A DNA stretch of 64,000 nt, from NCBI RefSeq assembly GCF_009914755.1, contig NC_060947.1. One strand, written 5' to 3'. The stretch's first letter is position 1. Each line of letters begins with the position of its first letter. The notes beneath the pieces are model-generated. The model made no database searches and was not told where the DNA came from. It saw only the letters and a program-made list of their open reading frames with translations. The DNA comes from the human T2T-CHM13v2.0 reference genome, Homo sapiens. This document shows positions 29,256 through 43,061 of the stretch, in pieces. The position numbers and the translations under genes are program-made.

Positions 29256-32200
29256 TTTGTGTACTATGATTTCTTTCAGCAGTGCTTTGTAGTTCTCCTT
29301 GTAGAGATCTTTCACCTCCTTGGTTAGCTGTATTCCTAGGTATTTTATTCTTTTGTGGCAATTGTGAATGAGATTGCATTCCTGATTTGGCTCTCAGCTT
29401 TCCTGTTGTTGGTGTATAGGAATGCTACTGATTTTTGTACATTGATTCTGTACCCTGGGACTTTGCCTAAGTTGTGTATCAGCCTAAGAAGCTTTTGGGC
29501 CAAGACTATAGGGTTTTCTAAATACTGGATCACGTCATCTGCACACAGGGATAGTTTGACTTTCTCTTTACCAATTTGGATGCCCTTTATTTCATTATCT
29601 TGCCTGATTGCTCTGGCCAGGACTTCTAATACTATGATGAATAGGAGTCAAGAGAGGGCATCCTTGTCTTGTGACTGTTTTCAAGGGGGATGCTTCCAGC
29701 TTTTGCCCATTAAGTATATTGGCTGTGGGTTTGCCATAGATGGCTCTTATTATTTTTAGGTATGCTTCTTCAATACCTAGTTTATTGAGTTTTTTTAAAA
29801 ACCATGAAGAGGTGTTGAATTTTATTGAAAACCTTTTCTGTATCTATTGTGATAATCATGTGGGTTTTGTCTTTAGTTCTATTTATGTGATGAATCACAT
29901 TCATTGATCTGTGTCTGTTGAACCAACCTTGCATCCCAGGGATAAAGTATATTTGATCGTGGTGGATAAGCTTTTTGATGTGCTGCTGGAGTTCGTTTGC
30001 TGGTATTTTGTTGAGGATTTCTGCATCAATGTTCATCAAGGATATTGGCCTAAAGTTTTCTTTTTTTGATGTTATCTCTGTCAGGTTTTGGTATTCAGAT
30101 GATGCTAGCCTTGTAGAATGAGTTAGGGAGGAATCCCTCCTCATCATTTTTTTGAAATAGTTTCAGTAGGCATGAAACCAACTCTTCTTTGTACATCTCG
30201 TAGAAACCAGCTATGAATCTCTCTGGTCCTGGGCTTTTTTTGGTTGGCAGGCTATTTATTACTGCCTCACTTATGGAGCTTGTTATTGGTCTGTTCAGGG
30301 ATTCAATTTCTTCCTGGTTCAATCTTGGGAAGGTATGTGTGTCCAAGAATTTAACCATTTCTTCTAGATTTTCTAGTTTATGTGCATAGAGGTGTTCATA
30401 ATATTCTTTGATGATTGTTTGTATTTCTGTGGGGTCAGTGGTAATATTCCCTTTGTCATTTCTTTTTGTGTTTATTTGAATCTTCTCTCATTTCTTCTTT
30501 ATTAGTTTAGCTAGTGGTATGTCTATTTGATTAATTTTTTCAAAGAAACAGCTCCTAGATTCATTAATCTTTTAAATGGTTTTCCATGTCTCTATCTCCT
30601 TCAGTTCACCTCTGATTTTGGTTATTTCTTGTTTTCTGCTAGCTTTGGGGTTTGTTTGTTCTTGATTCTCAAGTCTTTAAGTTGTGATGTTAGGTTAACT
30701 TGAGATCTTTCTAACTTTTTGATGTGGGCATTTAGTGCTATAAATTTACCTCTTAACAGTGCCTTAGCTGTGTCCCAGAGATTCTGGTATGTTGTATCTT
30801 TGTTCTCAGTAATTTCAAAGAACTTCTTGATTTTTGCCTTAATTTCATTATTTATCCAAAAGTCATTCAGGAGCAGGTTATTCAATTTCCATGTAATTGT
30901 ATGGTCTTGAGCCTTAGTTTTGATTTCTAACTTGTTTGTACTGTGGTCCAGGATATTCTTTTGTTATGATTTCGGTTCTTTGGCATTTGCTGAGGAGTGC
31001 TTTGCTTACAATTATGCAATCGATTTTAGAGTATGTGCCATGTAGTGATGAGAAGAATGCATATTCTGTTGTTTTTGGGTGGAGAGTTCTGTGGATATCT
31101 ATCAGGTTCATATGATCCATTGCTGAGTTCATGTCTTGAGTATCTTTGTTAATTTTGTCTCAATGATCTGTCTAATATTGTCAGTGAGGTGTTAAAGTCT
31201 CTCACTATTATTGTGTGGGTGTCTAAGTCTCTTTGAAGGTCTCTAAGAACTTGCTTTATGAATCTGGGTACTTCTGTGTTGGGTGCATATATATTTAGGA
31301 TAGTTAGATCTTCTTTTTCAATAGAACCCTTTACCATTATATAATGCCCTTCCTTGTATTTTTTTTTTTATCTTTGCTGGTTTAAAGTCTGTTTTATCAG
31401 AAATCAGGGTTGCAACAACTGTTGTTTTCTGTTTTCTCTTTGCTTGGTAGATTTTTCTCCATCCCTTTATTTTGAGCCAATGTATGCCATTGCATGTGAG
31501 ATGGATCTCTTGAAGACAGCATACCAATGGATCTTGGCTCTTTATCCAGCTTGCCACTCTGTGTCTTTTAATTGGGGTGTTTGGCTCATTTACATTTAAG
31601 ATTAGTATTGATATGTATGGATTTGATCCTGTCATCATGATGTTAGCTGGTTATTTTTCAGACTTGATTATGTGGTTGCTTCATAATGTCACTGGTCTGT
31701 GTACTTCAGTGTGTTTTTGTAGTGATTGGTAATGGTCTTTCCTTTCCATATTTAGTGCTCCCTTCAGGAGCTCTTGTAAGGCAGGTTTGGTGGTAACAAA
31801 TTCCCTCAGCATTTGCTTGTCTGAAAATGACCTTATTTCTCCTTTGCTTATGAAGCTTAGTTTGGCGGGATATGAAATTATGGGTTGGAATTTATTTTCT
31901 TTAAGAGTGTTGAATATTGGCTTCCAATCTCTTCTGGCTTATAGGGTTTCTGAGATGTTCACTGGTAATCTGATGATGGGCTTCCCTGTGTAGGTGACCT
32001 GACCTTCTCTCTAGCTGCATTTAACATTTTTTCTTTCATTTCAACCTTGGAAAATCTGATGATTATGTGTCTTGGGGTCGACCTTCTCAAAGAGTATCTT
32101 CCTGGGGTTCTCTGCATTTCCTTTATTTGAATATTGGCTTCTCTAGTTAGGTTGGGGAAATTCTCATGGATGATATCCTGAAATATGTTTTCCAAGTTGG

Positions 32201-33312
32201 TTCTATTCTCCCCATCTCTTTCAGGGACACCAATGAGTTGTGTCTTCCCTCTGTCCACTCTCAGCACCTTCACTCTGAAGATCTGTTAAAAGCACACGAG
32301 TCGTCTCAGTCCCTCAGTGGGAGCTGTTTCACCTGGCGTCATCTAGTCAGCCATCTTCAATAATAACTGTTAAATGAACATTTATATCCACTGAAACCAC
32401 TAAGTGAAATAAAGATGTGTTTAGGCAAAGAACTGAGTTTATGACTTATAGATCCTCACCAAGGAAACTTCCAAAAGATGTACTTCACAGAAGAAGAAAA
32501 TGATCCCAGAAGGAAAATTTGAGATGTAAGACAGAAGAACAAGCAAAGATTGTTTAAACATGTGGGTAAATATAAACAAACATTGGCTTTATAAAACAAT
32601 AATAATGTCTAATTTGTAAGTTAAAGAAAAACTATATAGAAAGAAAATACCAGACAATAACATGATACAAACCAGCAGGGGATGATCCAAGTTCAGGAAA
32701 AGATTGTTCATGAATATACTAACCTTAAAACTTAAATATACATGCTGTAAATTCTAGGGTGAACAATAAAATAGTAGAAATAGAGTAGATAGCTTTCAAA
32801 GTAATAGGAGTGAAGGGGATCCTCAATCCATAACAGTGGGGAAAAAGGAATATGAAAAGAAATATAGAAAAAGTGGGAGAAATACAAAGCACAAAATGAG
32901 CTGGTATGTATATAATCACAGTAGATGTAAATGGACTAAATTCTCTGGTTAAAAGACAAAAATTATCACACTTACAAAATAAATTTAGGCATATGCTCTC
33001 TATAAGACACTCATCTAAAGCATAAGAACACAGGAAGATTAAAACCCAAAGAATAAAAGACAAATACTAACAAAAAACTGAGATACTACATTACTATCAG
33101 ACAAAATAGAACTTAAGGCAAAAAGAATAAAGTAGGTTTCTACTTAAACATGGTAAATTAACCACGTTTCTGTCATTTAGTAGGAGTTTGTGAAATATTT
33201 GAGATAAAAATGATAAGAATCCATGAGGGCAAAGAGAACAGGAGAAGAAACTTCAATTCATGAGACAGTTTAATACATATTGAAGAGAATAGGTAGAAGA
33301 TAGATGACAGCA

Positions 33313-34136
<824 letters not shown>

Positions 34137-34856
34137 GAGTGGCAACTGAGTGAAGTAGAGTAACTACAACACAAATGCCTGCATAATGTGGTACTTACTA
34201 GAAGGAGCCAATTGGCCCTGTATAACCCCTGAGAGATTTGTAACTTTTAAGCACTGAATCCAACAAGAAGCCAGGGAAATATGCAGGGCTGAAAACAATA
34301 GCCTTGACTAAAAATCCATGTAGGAAATAGTTGGACTCTCAGATCCCCTCACTCTAACACACACCACGACAGCACCACCACTAGGAAAGAAAATAGATCT
34401 TTATTTTCTGAAAAAAAAAAAAAATAGATGAATATCTCTATGGTAAAATTAATAGATGGTAAACCAGGGGATACTGTCCTGCCCTCAAATTGGTATCCAG
34501 TGAATTGTGTGCCTCCATCCTCTCTCTTGCCTCTCCTGCACAGTAAGGAAATACAGGATTCTTAAGAAATTAAATGGCCAGAGAAAGGACCTCCAGATAC
34601 TGATATTTGAGACTCCCCTAAACAAATAATCACCTTGCCTTCAATGACCCTACCATATGGTCTACCCATTGACAAGCTCCAATCATGTGCACACAACTTT
34701 CAGTCAGTTTTTTATTGATTCACTTTTTAACATGAACATGTAGGCAAGGATTACTACATAGCTGAGGAAGCCTCAAACATTAAAGATAGGGTAAACAACA
34801 GCCAAACAGAAAAGAAGAACTTGAAAAAAATAGACAATAAAGCAAACAGAAGAAAA

Positions 34857-35098
34857 GTGTATATATATATATACATATATATGTATATATATGTGTGTAT
34901 ATATGTGTGTGTATATATACATATATGTATATATATGTGTGTATATATGTGTGTATTTATGTGTGTGTGTATATATGTATTTACACATATACATATGTAT
35001 GTATATGTATGTATGTGCATCTACAGGTGTATGTATGTGTGGGCATATATGTATATACATACATATGTGTATGTATATGTGTGTGTGTGTATATATAT
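34857..35098. repeat. Compound (TA/TG/CA)n alternating purine-pyrimidine tract
   Basis: Directly visible; source of several spurious Y/I/H/V/C-rich ORFs. Confidence 0.95.
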
Positions 35099-36035
35099 TC
35101 TGTGCAAAGTGAGAGAGGGAATAGTTGTGTACTAGCTTAAATATTGCACCATTTTGTATTTTGAGATGGTTGAAATGGAACCAAGCACTAAAATTTGAAA
35201 CGATCTTATACACATGCAAAAACTGGCAGCTTTTCACATGTAGCATTATATTGACATTTTACTTGACTTCCTAAGCCACTAGTGAATTAACCTGGCTTCT
35301 TTGTATTCATTATTTTAAAGAATGTATTCATTTGTTTTTACATACTAATGTTAGAAGTAGGTGCTGGGGTAGAGCTAACTTAATTGCTCTCTCTCTCTCT
35401 CAGTGTTGTTATTCTTTTTTAAAATGTTTGTTTTATAGAAGTATAATTTACATACAGCAAATGTTGCCTTTTAAATTTTTAATTTTAAAATTGTACTATT
35501 CTGACACAACCAAGGACCCTCACAGAGTCCACTTCACTCCCCTGCTAACTCCACTGGAGCAGGTGCTGGTACTCACAGCTGCAAGACCTGAAGATGGATC
35601 ACACCTGAAAATTGATGCACTCTTTGCAGACACTCCCTAGTACCAGCCCAGAGCCCATTAGCTCCACTGGGTGGCTGGACCCAGAAGAGAAATAACAGCC
35701 ACTACAGTTCAGCTCTCAGGAAGCCCCATTCCTAGGGGACAGGGAGAACACCACATCAAGGGAGCACCTCGTAGGACAAAAGAATCTGAACCATAGCCCT
35801 TGAATCCCAGATCTTCCCTCTGACATAGTCTACCCAAATGAGAAGGAACCAGAAAAACAATTCTGGTAACAGGACAAAACAATGTTCTTTAACACCCCCA
35901 GAAGATCATACCAGCTCACAAGCAGTGGATCCAAACCAAGATGAAATCTCTGAATTGCCAGAAAAATAATTCAGAAGGTCAATTATTAAGCTAATCAAGG
36001 AGGCACCAGAAAAAAGTGAAGTCCAACTTAAATCA

Positions 36036-36362
<327 letters not shown>

Positions 36363-36566
36363 TCAGTGAAATAGATAGCATAAATAAAAAACAATCACAA
36401 CTTCTGGAAATCAAGGACACAGAGAAATGCAAAATGCACTGGAAAGTCTCAGCAATAGAATCAAACAAGCATAAAAAAGAACTTCAGAGCTTGAAGACAA
36501 GGCTTTCAAATTAACCCACTCCATCAAAGACAAAGAAAAAAGAATTTAAAAAATGAATAAAGCCTC

Positions 36567-37025
36567 TGTATTAGTCAGGGTTTTCTTAGACAGAACTAAT
36601 AGGGTATATATATAAAGTTTATACTTAATAAACTCCCATATATATACATACATATATATGTATATATAGTGGGATCACAAGGTCCCACAATAGGTTATTT
36701 GCAAGCTGAGGAGCAAGAAGAGCCAGTCCGAGTCCCAAAACTGAAGAACTTGGAGTCCAATGTTTGAGGACAGGAAGCATCCAGCACGAGAGAAAGATGT
36801 AGACTGGGAGGCTACGCCTGTCTCTTCTTTTCACATTTTCCTGCCTGCTTTATATTCACTGGAAGCTGATTAGATCGTGCCCACCAGATTAAGGGTGGAT
36901 TTGCCTTCCCCAGCCCACTGACTCAAATGTTAATCTCTTTTGGCAACACCCACACAGACACACCCAAGATTAATCCTTTGTATCCCTCAATCCAATCAAG
37001 TTGACACTTAGTATTAACCATCACA
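36567..37025 (-). repeat. 3' LTR (MLT2A-type)
   Basis: Minus strand TGTGATGGTTAATACT...CTAATACA; direct repeat of 42622-43061. Confidence 0.95.
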
Positions 37026-37468
37026 AGTCCACCCCTTGTCAACTTGAACCCATACACATCTCCTGAGATCATTCATAATCTTCAAATAAAGACAATGAGG
37101 TCATAATTACACCTAACATAATACAACTGTCCTTCGTACAACTGGAATTGCACCAATCCCCAACTCAAATACTATTAAATAAAGTTAACACTTAAATGCT
37201 GATACGAAGTCAGTAAGTCTTACGTCACATGATAAAGGAAAAGGAAATAAGATGAAGATATTTTCTTAGTACAAGTATATAAATGCACCAACATGTTTTT
37301 AACAAAAGAAGTAGGAAATATTCATGACAGTTACAGTCCCCGTTTCTGCAGCTGGTCATGTGGTCGTAGCTGGTATTGATGACTACCTTCTTCTACTACC
37401 CATTCTGTATTCTCTTTGCCTTCAGCGAGCACCTCAGCAGGTCATGGCTTTTTTCCTGGTGGAGTGAC

Positions 37469-38460
37469 TCAAACCTTCATTCCTGGAGGGTCTGGGTCAT
37501 TCATAGTCCTGCCTGGATTGGGCTGTTGTAGTTTCCCATTGACCTTAATCACAAGGTATGGTAATGCTAAGAGACGCCCTAATGGATCTCCTGTATTCCA
37601 TGCATACTCTTCCTTACCATCCTTGTGGAGTAGTAGACTTATTTCATGTTGATAGCCTGGGTCAACCACCCCAGCCAACACTGTAACTCCCCTTTTACCC
37701 TGTTGACTTAAGATTAGGAGGAGCCTAAAGTGTCCAGGTGGCAATCTTAACTTCCAGTTTAATGGAATCATTGTTATGTCTCCTGGTGGCAGCGTTCTTC
37801 CCTCTAGAACTAAGATCTCTAGGCCAGCAGAACGTAATGTTGCGGGAACAGGAGGCAAAAATTTTGCTAGTGGATCACTAGGGGTGATGGTAAGTGGTGC
37901 CACTTCCACTTCCATCTCTTGATTCCTGGACCTGTGAATTCTGGCTATGGGAGAAATAGTACCATATATTGGATGCTGATTCAGAGCATACACGGCCTTA
38001 TGGAGAACTTTGCCCCAGCCTGGCACAGTGTTGTCACCTAATTGGCATTGTAATCGTAACTTCAAAAGGCCATTCCACCGTTCTGTCAATCCAGCTGCTT
38101 CAGGATGATGGGAAACATGGTAAGACCAGTGAATTCCATGAGCATGAGCCTACTGCCTGCCGCACTTCTTTAGCCATAAAGTGAGTGCCTCGGTTAGAGG
38201 CAATGCTGTGTGGAATACTGTGATGGTGGATAAGGCATTCCGTTAGTCCACGGTTGGTAGTCTTGGCAGAAGCATTGTGTGGAGGATAGGTAAACCCATA
38301 TCTGGAGTAAGTGCCTATTCCAGTGAGGACAAACCTCTGCCCTTTCCATAATGGAAGAGGTCCAATATAATCAACCTGCCACCAGGTGGCTAGCTGATCA
38401 CCCCAAAGAATGGTGCTATATCGAGGGCTCAGTGTTGGTCTCTGCTGCTGTTAAATTGAG
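37469..38460 (-). pseudogene. pol: HERV-L integrase core plus dUTPase, disrupted
   Basis: WQVDYIGPLP and ERWNGLLK integrase motifs, second Asp reads Asn (SNRGTHF); dUTPase-like LPPGHF...VLAGVVDPGY. Confidence 0.88.
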
Positions 38461-40835
38461 CACTCAGCAGTGGCTGTAGCCAGGTCAGCCTTGGTGGATG
38501 GAAGTCCATGTTGCTGAACCCATGCATAACCTCCATCCCTGCCACCATGGCCACTTTGTTCATGGGCCCATTGGGTGATGACAGGGGTGGCTGGGAAAAG
38601 AGGCTGAGTGGTGTACACAGAATGAGTCATCCTATTCACTTGATTATTAAACTCCTCCTCCACTGAGGTCACCTGTTGATGAGCATTCACATGGGATACA
38701 AATATCTTCATAGTTTTTGACCACTCAGAGAGGTTCATTTGCCTACCTCTTCCCCAAATTTCTTTGTCACCAATTTTCCAATCATGCTTCTTCCAAGTCC
38801 CTGACCATCCAGCCAAACCATTAGCTACAGCCCACAAATCAGTGTATAATCGCACATCTGGCCATTTCTCCTTCATGCAAAGTGCACAACTAGCATTGCT
38901 CGAAGTTCTACCCACTGGGATGATTTCCCTTCACCACTGTCCTTCAGGGATGTCCTAGAAAGGAGCTGTAGTGCTCTAGCTTCCACTTTCAGGTGGTGCC
39001 TGCATATCATGCAGAACCATCTGTGAACAGGCTGTAATCTTCTCTTCCTCTGTCAACTGATCATAGGGAACTCCTCATGAGGCCATTGGTGCAGGCTGGG
39101 GGAGAGAAGGTAGGGTGGCAGGAGTGGAGACCATGGGCATTTGAGCCACTTCCTCATGTAACTTACTTGTGCCTTCAGGAGCTGCTTGAGCCCAATCACG
39201 TATATACCACTTCCATTTAATGATGGAATGCTGCTGTGCATGACCCACTTTATGGCTAGATGGGTCAGAAAGCACCCAGTTCATGATAGGCAGTTCAGGT
39301 CTCATGGTGACTTGATAACCCATAGTCAAACTGGAAAAGCCCAGTCTCTCTGGCCAAGAGCTGTCTCTCAAAAGGAGAGTAGTTATCTGCAGAAGATGGC
39401 AGGGCCTTGCTCCAAAATCCTAGAGGCCTCCATTGTGATTCACCTGTGAGAGCCCGCCAAAGGCTCCAAACAGCATCCCTACCAGCCACTGACACTTCAA
39501 GCACCATTGAATCTGCTGGGTCATATGGTCCAAGTGGCAGAGCAGCTTGCACAGCAGCCTAGACCTGTTGCAGAATCTTCTCCTGTTCTGAACTTCACTC
39601 AAAACTGGCAGCCTTTCAGGTCACTTGATAAATAGGCCAGTGTAATACACTCAAATGAGGAATGTGTTGCCTCCAAAATCCAAATAAGACCACTAGGCAT
39701 TGTGCCTCTTTCATGGTTGTAGGAGGGGCCAAATGCAGCAACTTATCCTTTGCCTTAGAAGGAATATCTTGACAGGCCCCACACCACTGGACCCCTAGAA
39801 ATTTTACTGAGGTAGAAGGTTCCTGAGTTTTAGTTGAATATATTTCCCATCCTCTGGCATGCAAATGTCTCACCAGTAAGTCCATGGTGTTTGCTACTTC
39901 TTGCTCACTGGTTCGAATCAGCAAAATGTCATCAATGTAATGGACCAGTATGATATCTTGCAGAAGAGAAAAGCGATCAGGGTCTCTCCAAATAAGATTA
40001 TGACACAAAGCCAGAGAGGTAATATACTCCTGAGGTAGGATAGTAAAGTATATTGCCGGCCTTGCCAGCTGAAGGCAAATTGCTTCTGGTGGGCCTTATG
40101 GACAGGAATGGAAAAAAGGGCATTTGCCAAGTCAATGGCTGCATACCAGGTACCGGTAGATGTGTTAATTTGCTCGAGCAATGAAACCACATCTGGTACA
40201 ACAGCTGCAATTGGAGTTACCACTTGGTTAAGCTTATGATAATCCACTGTCATTCTGCAAGATCCATCTGTCTTCTGCACAGGCCAAATGGGAGAGTTGA
40301 ATGGGGATGTGGTGGGAATCACCACCCCTGTGTCTTTCAAGACCTTGATGGTGGCACTAATCTCTGCAATCCCGCCACTGATGCAATATTGTTTTTGATT
40401 TACTATTCGTCTAGGTAGAGGCAGCTCTAATGGCTTCCATTTGGCCTTTCTCACCATAGTAGCCCTCACCTTACTAGTCAGGGAGCCAATGTGAGGGTTC
40501 TGCCAGCTGCTAAGTATGTCTATGCCAATTATGCATTCTGGCACTGAGGAAATGACCACAGGATGAGTCTGGGGACCCACTGGACCCACTGTAAGTCTGA
40601 CCTGAGCTAAAACTCCATTGATTACCTGACCTCCATAAGCCCCTACTTGACGTTTTGGGTCCCCTGGAATCAAGGTCAGCTCAGAGCCAGTGTCCAGTAG
40701 TCCCCAAAATATCTGATCATTTCCCTTTCCCCAGTGCACAGTTACCCTGGTAAAAGGCCGGAGGTCTCCTTGGGGAAGGAGAGGAGAAAGATTCACTGCA
40801 TAAATTGTCAGTAATATAGTGGGGTCCTTCCTCAA
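38451..40835 (-). pseudogene. pol: HERV-L protease, reverse transcriptase and RNase H, frameshifted
   Basis: LLDTGSE protease motif, SPFNSPIWPVQK, IDLANALFSIP, HYIDDILL, LYTDLWAV. Confidence 0.92.
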
Positions 40836-41039
40836 GGGGACCCAGCCTCCCCTTCATTCAAGGGGTTCTGGGTCTGTAAACGGGCTCAAGTCTGGAAATT
40901 GATTGAGGGGCTGTGATTCAAATTAGTTTTTTGTCCATTTGACCTAGAAGTTTTCTGTTTGTGTAATTTAAGTAGGAATGCAGTAGGCTTCCTATCAATT
41001 TCACTTCTAGGAACACCATGATTAATTAGCCAATGTCAG

Positions 41040-42577
41040 AGCTCTCCACTAGTCAGACTATTCTGATTGTTGCTTTGCCTCTGCTGTCCATTATGGTAGC
41101 CATGCCCACCTTGCCTTTCATGGTTGAGTGCTGTCACGTGGCCGCTGCCACCTCAGGATCCAATTATTCCCATTGTATTTGAATTTTGTAGTTGAGTGAC
41201 TATGGTTCCCACCATTAGATCTGACATACAGAGAAGAGCAATTACAGGGCTATTCAAAGATGCAGGTGCTGCCCTCACAAATCTATTTTGCAAGGCATCA
41301 GTCAAGGGTATAGCTTCTGGACCCTCCCAGCTGGGATGAGTAAGTCTAAAGTAACTAATCCACTCCACCATCCCAATCTCCCTAAGCCTTTGGATCCCTT
41401 CCTCTACATTAAACCAAGAAAGATCAGGCATTTCCAGCTCACTCATGGTGGGCCATCTTTTAATCCATATTTCAGCTAACCAAGCAAATAAACTATTATA
41501 ACCTTTTTTAACTCCCTGAGCTGCAACATTAAAAGCAGAGTCCCTACTTAGTGGGCCCAAATCAATAAATTCAGCCTGATCCAACTCTATGTTTCTTCCA
41601 CCGTTATCTGATACCCTTAATATCTATTCCCATGCTTGTTCTCCAGGTTTCTGTTTATATTAATTAGAGAACTCAAACAGTTCTTTTCCAGTGTAGTGCA
41701 CCTCCTCATGGGTCACACTCTCAAACTTACCTCTAGGGGCCCGCCGGGAGTTTAGTCTAGTTATAGGTCTAGAGGCAAACAGAGATGTTGGGGGTGGTTT
41801 CTGAGGAGAATCAACATTATCTTGCCTGGCAACTGCCTCAGGGGAGGCCATTACTGTTGCCTCAGGCAGTGCAGGGTTTATCTCCTCAAAGGTGGACAAG
41901 CTGATGGCAGCATAGGTCAGGGAGGGGACGTTGCCACTACTAGGGATGGGGAAACTGTTCCTTCTTGCAAAAAAGGTTCATCAGAGTTTGCAAACTCAGT
42001 GTGCCCAGCTTCATCAGGGTCCTCCCACGCATCCCCATTCCAGGTTGCAGGGTCCCATTTTTTTTCCAATCAATGCCCTCATTTTAACAGTAGATACTTG
42101 GCAAGGCTGTGCATGCATCTTTCATTGTAGGTCAACCACTCGTATAGTAAGAGCTTGTGTCTGTTTTTCCACAGTTTCAGCTCTTTCTCTGCAGGAGATA
42201 AGACTCTCACTCAGGGCAATCTTAGCAGATTTGTGGCTCAGTATCTGCTTCTGAAGTCAGGTGACAGAATCCCTGAGTTCATTTTCTTTCATCACTTTTT
42301 CCACTGAACTTAGGAGCAACCAACCAGCTTCATTATGTTCCTTGGTTCTCCACATATGGTCAAAGGTATTATGTATAGAGTCATTGAGCTCCTTGCCTCT
42401 CATGAGTGGTGAATCAGAAGTGTCAAATGCATTTATTTTGCATAACTCTCTAAACAGTTTCTGCCAAGGACTATTAATGTTCTCCATACTATTAGAAGTA
42501 GAGTCCTTAGCATTTTTGAGTCTAATCATATTAAGCAGCCAACTCCAGAAACCCCAAAACCAACAAAAGAACTCCAT
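41040..42577 (-). pseudogene. gag: HERV-L gag, disrupted
   Basis: ORF pieces SPWQKLFRELCK and DQAEFIDLGPLSRDSAFNV typical of ERV-L Gag. Confidence 0.85.
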
Positions 42578-42621
42578 GCTTAATATTCTGTTTCTCTAGA
42601 AACACTCCTGGTACTAAAATC

Positions 42622-43061
42622 TGTATTAGTTATGGTTCTTTCAGAGGGACAGAACTAACAGTATGCATATATAAAGGGGAATTTATTGAGTATTAACTTA
42701 TACAATCCCAAGGTCCCACAATAGGCTGTCTGCAAACTGAGGAGTAAGGAGAGCCAGCCTGAGTCCCAAAACGGAAGAACTTGGAACTTGGAGTCCAGTG
42801 TTCGAGGGCAGGAAGCATCCAGCATGAGAGGAAGATGTAGACTAGGAGGCTAGGCCCGTCTCTCCTTTTCACATTTTTCTGCCTGCTTTATATTCACTGG
42901 AAGCTGATTAGATTGCCCACTGGATTAAGGGTGGATCTGCCTTCCCCAGCATACTGACTGAAATATTAATCTCTTTTGGCAACACCCACACAGACACACC
43001 CAGGATTAATACTTTGTATCCCTCAATCCAACCAAGTTGGCACTCAGTATTAACCATCACA
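42622..43061 (-). repeat. 5' LTR (MLT2A-type, 440 bp)
   Basis: TG...CA termini, followed on the minus strand by the PBS. Confidence 0.95.

Larger units (their letters stand above)
36567..43061 (-). mobile_element. HERV-L provirus with two MLT2A-type LTRs
   Basis: LTR-gag-pro-pol-dUTPase-LTR, no env; PBS-like TAGTACCAGGAGTG next to the 5' LTR; PPT-like AAGGGGTGGA next to the 3' LTR; degenerate 5-bp TSD GCCTC/TCTTC interrupting L1 ORF1. Confidence 0.95.

Noticed and set aside
34754-35246. Overlapping Y/I/H/V/C-rich ORFs
   Set aside because: Translations of a dinucleotide low-complexity tract
39918-40835. 305-aa ORF as a domesticated retroviral gene
   Set aside because: Frameshift before the YIDD motif and multiple lesions in neighbouring frames fit neutral decay
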